Source: Bacteroidia bacterium
Lineage (GTDB): Bacteria; Bacteroidota; Bacteroidia; Bacteroidales; VadinHA17
Direction of reading: 5' to 3'
Assembly (NCBI GenBank): GCA_026391215.1
Contig: JAPLDX010000056.1
Coordinates: forward strand, 96,001-160,000
DNA length: 64,000 nt
Shown here: one piece after another, positions 19,998 to 29,553 of the stretch
Layout of the letters: every line of letters begins with the position of its first letter
How positions within the stretch are numbered: the stretch's first letter is position 1
Program-made: the position numbers and the translations under genes
Notes under the pieces: model-generated
What the model was told of the DNA's origin: nothing
Databases searched by the model: none
The model's input: only the letters and a program-made list of their open reading frames with translations

Positions 19998-21308
19998 TCA
20001 GAATTTGTAGGAAATACCCGAGAAGACGCCGAATGAATACGGATGGATTCTCATACCGGGTATATCATTGAAAGGATTGATATAATATCTGAATGTTGGT
20101 TCGAGGTTCAGAGAAAGGTTATTGGAAAAATTGTATTCCATACCCATTCCCAGGGAACTGCTGAATGTAATCAGATTCATTCCATCAGTTGTTCCAATAT
20201 CTTTTCTGCTGCCACCTTTTGAAGCATAAACTGAATTATTAACCAGCAGGTTTGATGATAATCCTCCTATAATGTTAAAATCCAGAGCCTTGTCAACAAT
20301 TTTATATCTCAGGATGACCGGCAGTTCAAGATAGTTGAAGCTCTGACGGATTGAATTGTCAAGGTATGTAAGACCTGCCTTTTCCGCATCAAATATATTG
20401 ATATTGTAGTCGGTCCGGATTCTGTCAGCAGACAGACCATCGGTAAGAAAGATATCAGTATTGTTGGTCAGCACTGTTCCGTTCGAGGTAAGCACTTCAA
20501 AGGTAGGGTTCCCTTTTGTGTAAAAGAACTGTTCAAAACCGCTATAAGCTGAAATACCTGACAGCTCTTTCCCGATTGATGAATAGTAAAAACCTGATTG
20601 TATGCTGAATCTCTTACTGATCTTATAAGCTAAAGTAACACCACCGGAATATGAAACTACCATCTGCTCAGAAGACATCGCCTGTGAAACAGCTTCATTT
20701 TCCCCTGAACTGAACCGTGACTGATAGGTTGGTGAAAGCAATGCGGAAATTGACCATCTGTTGAGCTGTTTTCGGCTTGTATTATCCAGAGCATCTAATG
20801 AGTTCTCTTCTTTAATATCTATGTAACCCGTTTTGCCATAATTCAAAGCCAGCGGACCTGCAGATCTGGCTGTATTATCTGCCAGTTTACCTGATCCCGG
20901 GTCACTTTCAAAATCTCTTACAGTAGCAATAATATTGGAGGTATTGACTGGAGTAACAACCTGATTTCCCTGAAGGGAGGTTCTGGAATAAAGCTGCTGG
21001 TTTTGTGAAATTTCATTATCAGCACGATTAACGTAAGCGAGTATCTGCGAAGGGGCAACAGATTCCGGATTAAGTGCGATAACAGGATTTTCGAGATTTG
21101 ACGATATCTCCATGCTGTATTTGTATGCTACAATTCCCAGTGAAACTATAACGGCGAATGTAGCTGCAGCTCTCAGAATAACTAACGGCCTCTGCTTCTT
21201 CCTGATCACAGGTTGAATATTACTCCATACATCCTGTGGAGGAAGCACTTCATAATCTTTCAGCCCGTTCCTGAAAACAATGTCAATATTTACCCCTCTG
21301 TCATCCAT
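19998..21308 (-). CDS. Anti-sigma-like membrane protein with C-terminal outer-membrane beta-barrel
   Basis: N-terminal FRNGLKDYEVLPPQDVWSNI, one TM helix, C-terminal YLELPV..LEPTFRYY..GISYKF; overlaps ECF gene. Confidence 0.7.
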   Translation of the reverse strand: MDDRGVNIDIVFRNGLKDYEVLPPQDVWSNIQPVIRKKQRPLVILRAAATFAVIVSLGIVAYKYSMEISSNLENPVIALNPESVAPSQILAYVNRADNEISQNQQLYSRTSLQGNQVVTPVNTSNIIATVRDFESDPGSGKLADNTARSAGPLALNYGKTGYIDIKEENSLDALDNTSRKQLNRWSISALLSPTYQSRFSSGENEAVSQAMSSEQMVVSYSGGVTLAYKISKRFSIQSGFYYSSIGKELSGISAYSGFEQFFYTKGNPTFEVLTSNGTVLTNNTDIFLTDGLSADRIRTDYNINIFDAEKAGLTYLDNSIRQSFNYLELPVILRYKIVDKALDFNIIGGLSSNLLVNNSVYASKGGSRKDIGTTDGMNLITFSSSLGMGMEYNFSNNLSLNLEPTFRYYINPFNDIPGMRIHPYSFGVFSGISYKF

Positions 21309-21861
21309 TCAACAATTTCTTCTTATGTCCTGTATATGATCCCACTCTCCTCTGGAGAATTGCTCTCGCGCGGGAGAGGTTCGACTTTGAGGTTCCCTCT
21401 GATATATTAACCATCTTGCTTATCTCCTTATGTGAATAGCCTTCAATTGCAAAAAGGTTAAATACCATTCTGTATTTCGGAGGGAGTTCCCTGATAATTT
21501 CCAGAAGATCAACAGCCTGGAGACCTGAATAATCTTCGTTATCCGGATCAGCATCCAGTTCAGGGATATCGTCAATATCGTCAACCCTGTACAGGTTGTG
21601 CCTGGCCCTGTATTTTTCCAGTGCCGTATTGACTATTATCCTGCGGATCCAACCTTCAAAGGAACCCTCGTACTTGTAGTTAGCAAGATTTTCAAAGATC
21701 TTTATAAATCCCTCCTGCAAGATATCCCTCGCCTCTTCATCGTTGCCTGAATACTGAAGGCACACAGCATACAGCCTTGCCGCATGCCGTCTGTACAGAA
21801 GCTCCTGATCTCTTCTGTCACCTTTAAGACAACCGCTGATGATATTTTTAATCTCTGACAA
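21301..21861 (-). CDS. ECF RNA polymerase sigma factor
   Basis: DILQEGFIKIF, SFEGWIRRI, LPPKYRMVFNL..EGYSHKEI..GTSKSNLSRAR. Confidence 0.95.
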   Translation of the reverse strand: MSEIKNIISGCLKGDRRDQELLYRRHAARLYAVCLQYSGNDEEARDILQEGFIKIFENLANYKYEGSFEGWIRRIIVNTALEKYRARHNLYRVDDIDDIPELDADPDNEDYSGLQAVDLLEIIRELPPKYRMVFNLFAIEGYSHKEISKMVNISEGTSKSNLSRARAILQRRVGSYTGHKKKLLNG

Positions 21862-21965
21862 AGCTTTATGGACCTATAAGAGTATAAAAATACAAAGAAA
21901 TTGTCTTAAAACCCAAAATTCAGGTATAAGATTGATGAATAAACCCTTAAAAAGGTTGCTTTTTG

Positions 21966-23357
21966 TTATAAATGAATCACCTCCCCGTAGGCTGCTGCCG
22001 CAGCCTCCATTATTGCTTCCGACATTGTAGGATGGGGATGAACAGCTTTTATTATCTCATGGGCCGTAGTTTCAAGCTTCCTGGCAACGACGATCTCTGA
22101 GATCATCTCCGTCACATTTGCTCCTATCATATGAGCTCCGAGCAATTCTCCATATTCAGCATCGAATATAAGCTTAATAAAGCCATCCTTTGAACCTGAT
22201 GCGCTGGCTTTACCTGAGGCGGTAAACGGGAATTTTCCGACCTTTAGCTCATATCCTGCCTCCCTGGCAGCGGCTTCTGTAAGGCCAACCGATGCAATTT
22301 CCGGATTTGTATAGGTACAGGCCGGAACATTCTTATAATCGAGCGGCTCCACATTTATTCCCGCCATCTTTTCAACACAGGTTATCCCCTCGGCTGATGC
22401 GACATGGGCCAATGCCGGACCATGAACAATATCTCCTATGGCAAATAAACCCGGAACTGAGGTGCGGTAGTATTCATCAACCGTCACTTTCCCTTCGTCG
22501 GTCTTAACTCCGGCTTTTTCAAGTCCAATACCTTCAATATTAGTGGTGATGCCGACAGCTGACAGAACTATATCTGCCTCCGTCGTCTCAATACCCTTAG
22601 GTGTCTTTATTGTCACCAGACATTTCTCCTTTGAGGTATCAACAGATTCCACTGATGAACCTGTCATGATCTTCATCCTAAGCTTTTTAAATGACCGTTC
22701 AAGCTGTTTCGATACCTCTTCATCCTCATTCGGGACTAACCGCGGAAGGAACTCAACCAGCGTCACTTCCGTTCCTATGGCCTGGTAGAAATTAGCAAAT
22801 TCACTTCCAATTGCACCGGAACCAACAACAACCATTGAGGCTGGCTGTTTCGAAAGAGTCATTGCCTCCCGGTAACCGATGATCTTTTTACCGTCCTGTT
22901 TCAGGTTCGGCAGCTCTTTGGACCGTGCACCTGTAGCCAGAATTATGTTCTTTGCACCCAGGCTTGTTTTTTTGCCCTCTGCATCTTCAACTTCAACGGA
23001 ATTATTCCCGGATAAGCGTCCAAATCCCCAGATATGTGTTATGTTATTTTTCTTAAAGAGAAACTGAATCCCCTTGCTCATACCATCAGCAACACTACGG
23101 CTGCGTGCAATGATTGCTCCGAAATCAGCTTTCACTTGCCCTCCCACTGTGATACCGTAATCTGATGCATGATTCAGATATTCGAATACCCGGGCACTCT
23201 TCAACAGGGATTTCGTCGGTATACATCCCCAGTTGAGGCAGATGCCTCCCAGTTCAGCTTTCTCAATAACTGCAACCTTCATTTTCAATTGCGAAGCCCT
23301 TATTGCTGCTACATAGCCACCCGGGCCGCTTCCTATTACTACAAGATCGTAATCCAT
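21966..23357 (-). CDS. lpdA: Dihydrolipoyl dehydrogenase
   Basis: GSGPGGYVAA, GGICLNWGCIPTK, HPHPTMSE. Confidence 0.98.
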   Translation of the reverse strand: MDYDLVVIGSGPGGYVAAIRASQLKMKVAVIEKAELGGICLNWGCIPTKSLLKSARVFEYLNHASDYGITVGGQVKADFGAIIARSRSVADGMSKGIQFLFKKNNITHIWGFGRLSGNNSVEVEDAEGKKTSLGAKNIILATGARSKELPNLKQDGKKIIGYREAMTLSKQPASMVVVGSGAIGSEFANFYQAIGTEVTLVEFLPRLVPNEDEEVSKQLERSFKKLRMKIMTGSSVESVDTSKEKCLVTIKTPKGIETTEADIVLSAVGITTNIEGIGLEKAGVKTDEGKVTVDEYYRTSVPGLFAIGDIVHGPALAHVASAEGITCVEKMAGINVEPLDYKNVPACTYTNPEIASVGLTEAAAREAGYELKVGKFPFTASGKASASGSKDGFIKLIFDAEYGELLGAHMIGANVTEMISEIVVARKLETTAHEIIKAVHPHPTMSEAIMEAAAAAYGEVIHL

Positions 23358-23440
23358 ATTTGTTATTAGTTATTAGTTATTTGTCATTGGTTATCAGTGA
23401 TTTATCTTCCACGTCTTGTGTCGTGCGTCGTGCATCTTTC
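23358..23440. repeat. Two blocks of degenerate 7-bp tandem repeats
   Basis: atttgtt attagtt attagtt atttgtc attggtt atcagtg (23358-23399); gtcttgt gtcgtgc gtcgtgc atctttc (23413-23440). Confidence 0.75.
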
Positions 23441-24252
23441 TTACCACTCCTGATCATCTGATAAATAATCTTTACAATAGCCCATATTAATACAAGGGTA
23501 AAGATGATTGTTGCCCCAACCGGTATTCCTGCATAATAGGAGATCACATAACCAGCAGCTATCCCGACAAATCCAGAAAGGATTGACCAGACAATTATTC
23601 TGGAATAGACCCTGGTGAAAATCATAGCTATATTGGGAGGAATGGTCAGCAGTGAAAGTACAAGGATGACGCCGGCCATTCTTATATTCAATACGATTGT
23701 AAGTGCAATCAGGGCTGTTGTAATATATTTAAAGGTATTTACATAAGGCGAATAGGTTCTTGCAAATGACTCATCGTAAGAGATATAGAGGATTGTACGG
23801 TAGAAAATGCTGAAGTATAGAATCAGGATCACTGACATGATCCCGAGTGCAATGATATCGGCATTGGTGACTGTAAGGATGCTGCCAAAAAGATAGCTCA
23901 TTAGGTTGGGAGAATAACCGGGAGTAAGATATATGAAGATAATTCCTATTGCCATTCCGAAAGCCCAAAGTATGCCAATAGCCGAATCTTCCCTGATCTT
24001 TTGTTTTATAGACATGTATTCTACTCCAAGGGCTGAAAGTATCCCGAAAATTGCAGCTCCGACCACCGGATTGAATCCGGCAAAATAACCGATGCCTATT
24101 CCTCCGAAAGAAGCATGTGTGATCCCTCCGCTGAGAAAGACCATCCTTCTGGAGACAATATATGTCCCTGCAAGCCCCGCTGTTATGCTGGCAAATACCG
24201 CTCCAAGCAGCCCTTTAATGATAAAATCATATTGAAAAATACTGCCTTCCAA
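23377..24252 (-). CDS. znuB: Metal (Zn/Mn) ABC transporter permease
   Basis: GGITHASFGG, EDSAIGILW, YLFGSIL; multiple TM helices. Confidence 0.85.
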   Translation of the reverse strand: MEGSIFQYDFIIKGLLGAVFASITAGLAGTYIVSRRMVFLSGGITHASFGGIGIGYFAGFNPVVGAAIFGILSALGVEYMSIKQKIREDSAIGILWAFGMAIGIIFIYLTPGYSPNLMSYLFGSILTVTNADIIALGIMSVILILYFSIFYRTILYISYDESFARTYSPYVNTFKYITTALIALTIVLNIRMAGVILVLSLLTIPPNIAMIFTRVYSRIIVWSILSGFVGIAAGYVISYYAGIPVGATIIFTLVLIWAIVKIIYQMIRSGKKDARRTTQDVEDKSLITNDK

Positions 24253-24999
24253 TCAATTGTGAGTTTTAAGTACTGTATGAGGAACCTCTCCATGAGTGAT
24301 AAGCTGAATGGGACACCCATAAGCAAGAAGCTGTTCATTGGTTATCTCTGACGATGGATGATAATGAAGTCCCATATTGACACATGCATATGATTTCACA
24401 TGAGATGAGATCATTCCTATATCATGAGATACCATCAGGATTGCCATGCGCTTGTTCAGGTCGCGTAACTTATCATAAAAATCCTTTTCAAAATTTGAAT
24501 CGACAAAATTGCCAGGCTCATCAAGAAGCAGCAATTTAGGATCGCCTATTATTGCCCGGCCAAGAAAAACCCTCTGCAGCTGCCCTCCTGACAATTCATT
24601 CAACGATGACCGGGCCATCCTGGAAAGTCCAAGCTCCCCGATTACCTCTGCTGCCCTTTTCTTATCGGATGATGACATTCTCGAAATGATCTTTTTGCGT
24701 ATCATCATCCCTGAAAGTATAACATCCGTGACCGTCAGCGGGTAGCTAACATCTCCGGTGGATATCTGGGGCAGGTAACCGATGCTCTTACCGTCAACAA
24801 GATCTTTATTAAAAACCAGTTCCCCGCTGACCGGCTTAACTAATCCCAATATCACTTTAAGAAGCGTTGTCTTTCCTCCTCCGTTCGGGCCAATCACCCC
24901 TATGAAATCGCTTTCATTTACACTGAAATTGACATCCCGGAGCGCGAAACCGGAACCATAAGAAACTGAAACAGAATGCATTTCAAACAGGCACGACAT
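24253..24999 (-). CDS. znuC: Metal ABC transporter ATP-binding protein
   Basis: GPNGGGKTT, LSGGQLQR, LLLDEP. Confidence 0.85.
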   Translation of the reverse strand: MSCLFEMHSVSVSYGSGFALRDVNFSVNESDFIGVIGPNGGGKTTLLKVILGLVKPVSGELVFNKDLVDGKSIGYLPQISTGDVSYPLTVTDVILSGMMIRKKIISRMSSSDKKRAAEVIGELGLSRMARSSLNELSGGQLQRVFLGRAIIGDPKLLLLDEPGNFVDSNFEKDFYDKLRDLNKRMAILMVSHDIGMISSHVKSYACVNMGLHYHPSSEITNEQLLAYGCPIQLITHGEVPHTVLKTHN

Positions 25000-25003
25000 G
25001 ACT

Positions 25004-25870
25004 TTAATTTTCAGTAAAACTCTTATGCAATTCGGTAATTATTTCCTCTGTTGTTGTCAGCCACTTTTCCGACAGCGGATCAATGACTGTAATTGTAGCG
25101 CCAATCTCTGTTGCTATTGCCCTGGCATTCCTGCTGTCATATTCTTTCTGAACAAAGATCGTTGAAATATTTTCTTCCCTGGCCAGATCGATCAGCTCTT
25201 TCAGTCTGGAAGGCGGGGGTTCTTTTCCTTCGTACTCCACAGGAACTTCAACAAGGCCGTAATCCCTTGCCAGGTATCCAAGATTGGGGTGATAAATCAT
25301 AAATGATCTCCCTTTATCTCCCTGGAAGAGAGACGTGGCCATGCTGTCAATCCCGGTGATCTTTGAAAAAAGTATATTGTAATTTGACTCATATTTCTGC
25401 TTTTGGGCAGGATTAAGGCTGCAAAGAAGATCTTTTACCGATGAAGCCATAATTTTTGCACATTTAGGTGATACCCAGTAATGAGGATCAGCTCCCTCCT
25501 CATGACCGTCTTCATGCTGATGCCCTAAAGTTATCAGATTGATCTTATTACCAAGGGATATCTTTATCATTGTTTTATTGATCTCATAAAACCTGTCAAG
25601 CCATGTTTCTTCAAATCCCAGGAATCCATTGCTTATATAGGCTTCTGATCTCCGCAGTTTGCTTATCTGCTCCGGATATGGTTCATAAATATGGGGATTG
25701 GATCCTGGGGGAACCATAATGTTAACCGTGAAATCATCACCTGCTATCTCCTCAATAAAATATTTATATGGCGCAATGCTTACGGTGATCATACCCTTTT
25801 CGGTTCCGGAAGGGTCATGCCTGCATGAAATGATACCAATCAGCAAAATAATTGTAAACCACTTTTTCAT
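25004..25870 (-). CDS. znuA: Metal ABC transporter substrate-binding lipoprotein
   Basis: Lipobox IISC, NPHIYEP, His-containing loop, DPHYWVSP; likely start ATG 25870. Confidence 0.85.
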   Translation of the reverse strand: MKKWFTIILLIGIISCRHDPSGTEKGMITVSIAPYKYFIEEIAGDDFTVNIMVPPGSNPHIYEPYPEQISKLRRSEAYISNGFLGFEETWLDRFYEINKTMIKISLGNKINLITLGHQHEDGHEEGADPHYWVSPKCAKIMASSVKDLLCSLNPAQKQKYESNYNILFSKITGIDSMATSLFQGDKGRSFMIYHPNLGYLARDYGLVEVPVEYEGKEPPPSRLKELIDLAREENISTIFVQKEYDSRNARAIATEIGATITVIDPLSEKWLTTTEEIITELHKSFTEN

Positions 25871-25895
25871 AACATTGAAAATTCCCGGGGGCATA

Positions 25896-25903
25896 CAAAT
25901 TTA
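25896..25903 (-). promoter_or_regulatory. -7 promoter element for znuACB
   Basis: TAAATTTG on minus strand. Confidence 0.5.
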
Positions 25904-25984
25904 ACATATAACAGAACAAAAGGTTTATGTGTTGCAAATAAAATAATATACACTATTTTTGAGTATGATAACTGGTACGGCCGG

Positions 25985-26479
25985 ATGAAGAATAAAGGAG
26001 AGATACTTGCAGCAATCCTGCGAGATTTTAAAAACTGCTATTTTTTCCTCCATAACACAAAAGAATTCGCTGTCGTTGAAAAGATAATGAATGAAGGATT
26101 CATTTTTGAGAGCCAGCTGCCTCATTCTACAGACCGTATCAATCCCAACGAACCAATAGAGGTTACATATTTCCTTTTTCAGCGGAAGGATTACGGATTA
26201 TATACCATAATTATTGCCATTCCGAAATCCACGTATGAAATCTATTCGGATGTATCAAACAAGAATGATACAGGGATAGAGGAAGTTATGACCATTACTG
26301 ATCCATATTATGGTGATAATGACGAATTGATCTATACGACTTCGCCAAAACATATCCTTGGCTATTTTAACATCCGGACTGCGGAGTTCTTCAGTAATAA
26401 GAACTGGGACCCTTCATTCAACAATAATCTTTTAAGGCCGCCGGCGAAGAGACCGGCAAAACCCGATAAGCTTCTCTGA
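25985..26479 (+). CDS. Hypothetical protein
   Basis: 164-aa ORF filling the gap, protein-like composition; no family recognised. Confidence 0.65.
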   Translation: MKNKGEILAAILRDFKNCYFFLHNTKEFAVVEKIMNEGFIFESQLPHSTDRINPNEPIEVTYFLFQRKDYGLYTIIIAIPKSTYEIYSDVSNKNDTGIEEVMTITDPYYGDNDELIYTTSPKHILGYFNIRTAEFFSNKNWDPSFNNNLLRPPAKRPAKPDKLL

Positions 26480-26524
26480 TCTTATTGTACCTTAGGAACG
26501 TTTAGACCTTTTTATTGCTATTAC

Positions 26525-26563
26525 AAAAAAAAATGAGGCCGTCCCCCTTATACGGCCTCATTT
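26525..26563 (-). terminator. Rho-independent terminator
   Basis: 12-bp stem aaatgaggccgt/acggcctcattt with T-run on minus strand, downstream of 26577..27293. Confidence 0.75.
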
Positions 26564-26576
26564 CCAGGAATGATAT

Positions 26577-27293
26577 CTAGTATGTCTTGAGCGATATCGT
26601 AAAGAATCCCGTTGCTTTTGAAGAGCTTATTTCAAATTTCCATGCACCTGTCTTATCCTGATTTTCCGTTTCGGAGATATTAAATGATTTCCTCCAGTGC
26701 AGGTTGCCGAATTCATCGATTATGATATCCGAATAGGTTTTACCGTTCGGCATTATGATCTTAATTTGTATTTCACCTGATTTACAGTCGCCATTAACTG
26801 ACATTTCGACTGAATTTATCGTAGTTTCCACATCAAAAGTATAGTCACGGGAAAAAGTTGTTTCTTTTACAGACTTTGAGAAATCCCATGAAGTTCTTTC
26901 AGAATCACCCATGTCAAATGGATTTGAATGAGAGAAGATATCAACTCCGGGAGCAACAATATAAGACTCACCATTATTATAATATGACCTATTTCTTCCA
27001 AGATCTTCATAGATCCTGAAAGCCTTGCGGAAATCGGTCGAATCATTCCATTGTAACTTGTAATTTTTCATGGCTTCATCGATCTCAATTTTCTGTTCCT
27101 CGAAAACCTTCTGCAATTCCTCCTGGGCTTTCTTCTGTTCCGCCATGGCTTTCTTCTGCTCTTTTATGGCTTCCTGGATTTGTAATTCCTTTTCCTTCTC
27201 CTCGCTGGACTTTTCCTGGGCATTTATCCCCTGGAAAGAAGTACCGACAATAAGCAGGAAAATCATCGATAATATTAAACTGCTCTTTTTCAT
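26577..27293 (-). CDS. Secreted protein with coiled-coil N-terminus and beta-rich C-terminus
   Basis: Signal MKKSSLILSMIFLLIVG...INA-QE, E/K/Q-rich helix; likely start ATG 27293. Confidence 0.75.
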   Translation of the reverse strand: MKKSSLILSMIFLLIVGTSFQGINAQEKSSEEKEKELQIQEAIKEQKKAMAEQKKAQEELQKVFEEQKIEIDEAMKNYKLQWNDSTDFRKAFRIYEDLGRNRSYYNNGESYIVAPGVDIFSHSNPFDMGDSERTSWDFSKSVKETTFSRDYTFDVETTINSVEMSVNGDCKSGEIQIKIIMPNGKTYSDIIIDEFGNLHWRKSFNISETENQDKTGAWKFEISSSKATGFFTISLKTY

Positions 27294-27322
27294 GACTGCC
27301 TGAGTTTTATTATTTATCAATT

Positions 27323-27381
27323 CAAAGATAGTACCACAAACAACCCGATTCTGTTAATGAAGGGTTAATGCAGAGTTAATG
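27323..27381 (-). promoter_or_regulatory. -7 element plus three tandem operator repeats
   Basis: TATCTTTG (27330-27323, minus); GTTAATG at 27353, 27364, 27375 (11-bp period). Confidence 0.7.
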
Positions 27382-27426
27382 TTTTGAATGGTACATCAGC
27401 CTATTGACAAAAATTGAATACTTTTG

Positions 27427-28833
27427 ATGAGAAAACTGAAATATATGCAAAAAAGGAATACCGTTCTGATATTGGCAGTTTTTTCAATTCTGATCCTCAT
27501 AACATCCCAGATTATAATAATCAGGGGCGTATGGAAACAGAATGACGAACTGCTTAAATTAAGATACCGGACGCTTTCCCAGGAAGCTGTTGCATCGATG
27601 AGAGGAAGGCCATCTGTTGCTTATGATACGGTTTCCAGGCTTCTTGATGATTACAGCAGCAAGAAAATTAAGGAGCTCAGGGAAATCACGGATTCTGCAA
27701 AGCTTGCAGAAAAGAAAAAAGACATTCTGACATACGTTACAGTTTTATTAAATAAGGAACAGGACTTTTCAGACATACTTTCTTCATATTTTGAGGAAAA
27801 TGGATTTGAAAAGAATTTCAATCATATTATTTCGATAAACAACCTGGAGTTTATTGATGTTGACACATTCCTGATCTACGGGGATCGGTCCTTTGTAAAC
27901 CGTAGGCCCGGCAGCAGGCAAAAGATGCCTTCAGCGCTGAAGGAGACAAAGTCAAGTATCCTGGTAAACAGACAGTGGATTGGTGGTAATAATTATATAA
28001 TGAATTTTGAATACTCCATCGATTTCTCGGATAAAAGGAGAATGATCCTGCAGGAAATTGCCTGGACTCTGACAATGAGCATCTTCAGCATACTAATAGT
28101 AGCGATATTATTTCTTTACACGTACCGCAACCTTATGGAAGAGAAGAGGTTATCCAATCTTAAGACCGACTTCATTAATAATATGACCCACGAGCTGAAA
28201 ACCCCACTTGCAACAATTACAGTAGCAGGCAAAACCCTTGAAATGGAACAGATCAGGGCCGATGATTCAAAGATCCTTGAAACAGCGAAGCTCATCGGAA
28301 AACAGAGCGTTCATCTCAATCAGCTCATCAACATGATCCTTGAAATAAGCATGTGGGAAAGAACTCAGTTCCAGCTCGATAAGAAAAAAGTTGATATTGA
28401 AGAGGTGATGAATGATATTGTAAGCAGCTTCAGCGCAGGCTGCCGTGATTGTGCTTCATTAAGCCAGAAGTACTGCTTCAACGGAGTAAAAGCGGATATC
28501 GATCTTGTATATTTCACCACACTGATAAATAACCTCCTTTCAAATGCAGTGAAATATTCTGATAAAGAACCTGCCATTGATATCGAAGGAAATGCTGAAG
28601 ATAATAACATCTGCATTAAGATCGCCGATAATGGCATCGGTATAAACAGGACTGATCAGAAGCACATATTTGATAAGTTCTACCGCGCCTCTTCAGGTAA
28701 TATACATAAGTATAAAGGACTGGGATTAGGGCTTTATTATGTCAAGAAAATTGCAGTGGCTCACGGCGGAGATGTAACTGTGAGCAGTAAACCGGGAAAA
28801 GGTAGTATATTTACGATAACAATACCTTATTAA
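27427..28833 (+). CDS. Sensor histidine kinase
   Basis: Two TM helices, FINNMTHELKTP, NLLSNAVKY, DNGIGI, GLGLGL. Confidence 0.95.
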   Translation: MRKLKYMQKRNTVLILAVFSILILITSQIIIIRGVWKQNDELLKLRYRTLSQEAVASMRGRPSVAYDTVSRLLDDYSSKKIKELREITDSAKLAEKKKDILTYVTVLLNKEQDFSDILSSYFEENGFEKNFNHIISINNLEFIDVDTFLIYGDRSFVNRRPGSRQKMPSALKETKSSILVNRQWIGGNNYIMNFEYSIDFSDKRRMILQEIAWTLTMSIFSILIVAILFLYTYRNLMEEKRLSNLKTDFINNMTHELKTPLATITVAGKTLEMEQIRADDSKILETAKLIGKQSVHLNQLINMILEISMWERTQFQLDKKKVDIEEVMNDIVSSFSAGCRDCASLSQKYCFNGVKADIDLVYFTTLINNLLSNAVKYSDKEPAIDIEGNAEDNNICIKIADNGIGINRTDQKHIFDKFYRASSGNIHKYKGLGLGLYYVKKIAVAHGGDVTVSSKPGKGSIFTITIPY

Positions 28834-28850
28834 AATATTAACAAGGGGTT

Positions 28851-29534
28851 ATGAAAGTATTATTAGCAGAAGACGACAGGGATTTCGGAAATATTTTGTC
28901 GCAATATGTGACCATGAACGGTTTTGATGTAATACTCGCCCGTGATGGCAATGAAGCATGGGAAAAGTTTAACCAGGAAAAACCAGACATTTGTGTGCTT
29001 GATGTAATGATGCCGGAAATGGATGGATTTACTCTCGGGGAAAAGATAAAAAAGGCGCAACCCGGAGTACCAGTAATTTTCCTGACAGCTAAAAGTCTGA
29101 AGGAAGATATTGTCAGGGGACTAAAGATAGGGGCTGATGATTATATTACAAAACCCTTTGATCCGGAAGTGCTGATACTCAGGATCAACAATATTCTAAA
29201 ACGGACTTATTCATCAACAAATGATGAATATAAAATTTCAAATACCGTTCTTAAATTCAATACTCTTGAGCTTATCTGCGGTAATACAAAGGAAAAGCTC
29301 ACCCTTAAGGAAGCCCTGCTTCTGAAGTATTTCATAATCAACAAGAATAAAATTCTTGCAAGAGAAGATATCCTGACAGAAATCTGGGGGGAAGATGATT
29401 ATTTCCTTGGCAGAAGCATGGACGTATTTATCAGCAGGCTAAGAAAATACATTTCTGAAGATAAAAACCTGGATATCAGGACTGTCAGGGGGACGGGTTT
29501 TATGCTCGAAGAGCTGAACAAGGAAGAAATATAA
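28851..29534 (+). CDS. OmpR-family response regulator (RprY-like)
   Basis: LLAEDD, LDVMMPEMDG, GADDYITKPF, GRSMDVFISRLRK. Confidence 0.95.
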   Translation: MKVLLAEDDRDFGNILSQYVTMNGFDVILARDGNEAWEKFNQEKPDICVLDVMMPEMDGFTLGEKIKKAQPGVPVIFLTAKSLKEDIVRGLKIGADDYITKPFDPEVLILRINNILKRTYSSTNDEYKISNTVLKFNTLELICGNTKEKLTLKEALLLKYFIINKNKILAREDILTEIWGEDDYFLGRSMDVFISRLRKYISEDKNLDIRTVRGTGFMLEELNKEEI

Positions 29535-29553
29535 AACACATTAAGGTTTCATA

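Noticed and set aside
25904-25984. Zur/Fur box upstream of znuA
   Set aside because: Only a half-site-like GTTGCA; no clear palindrome.
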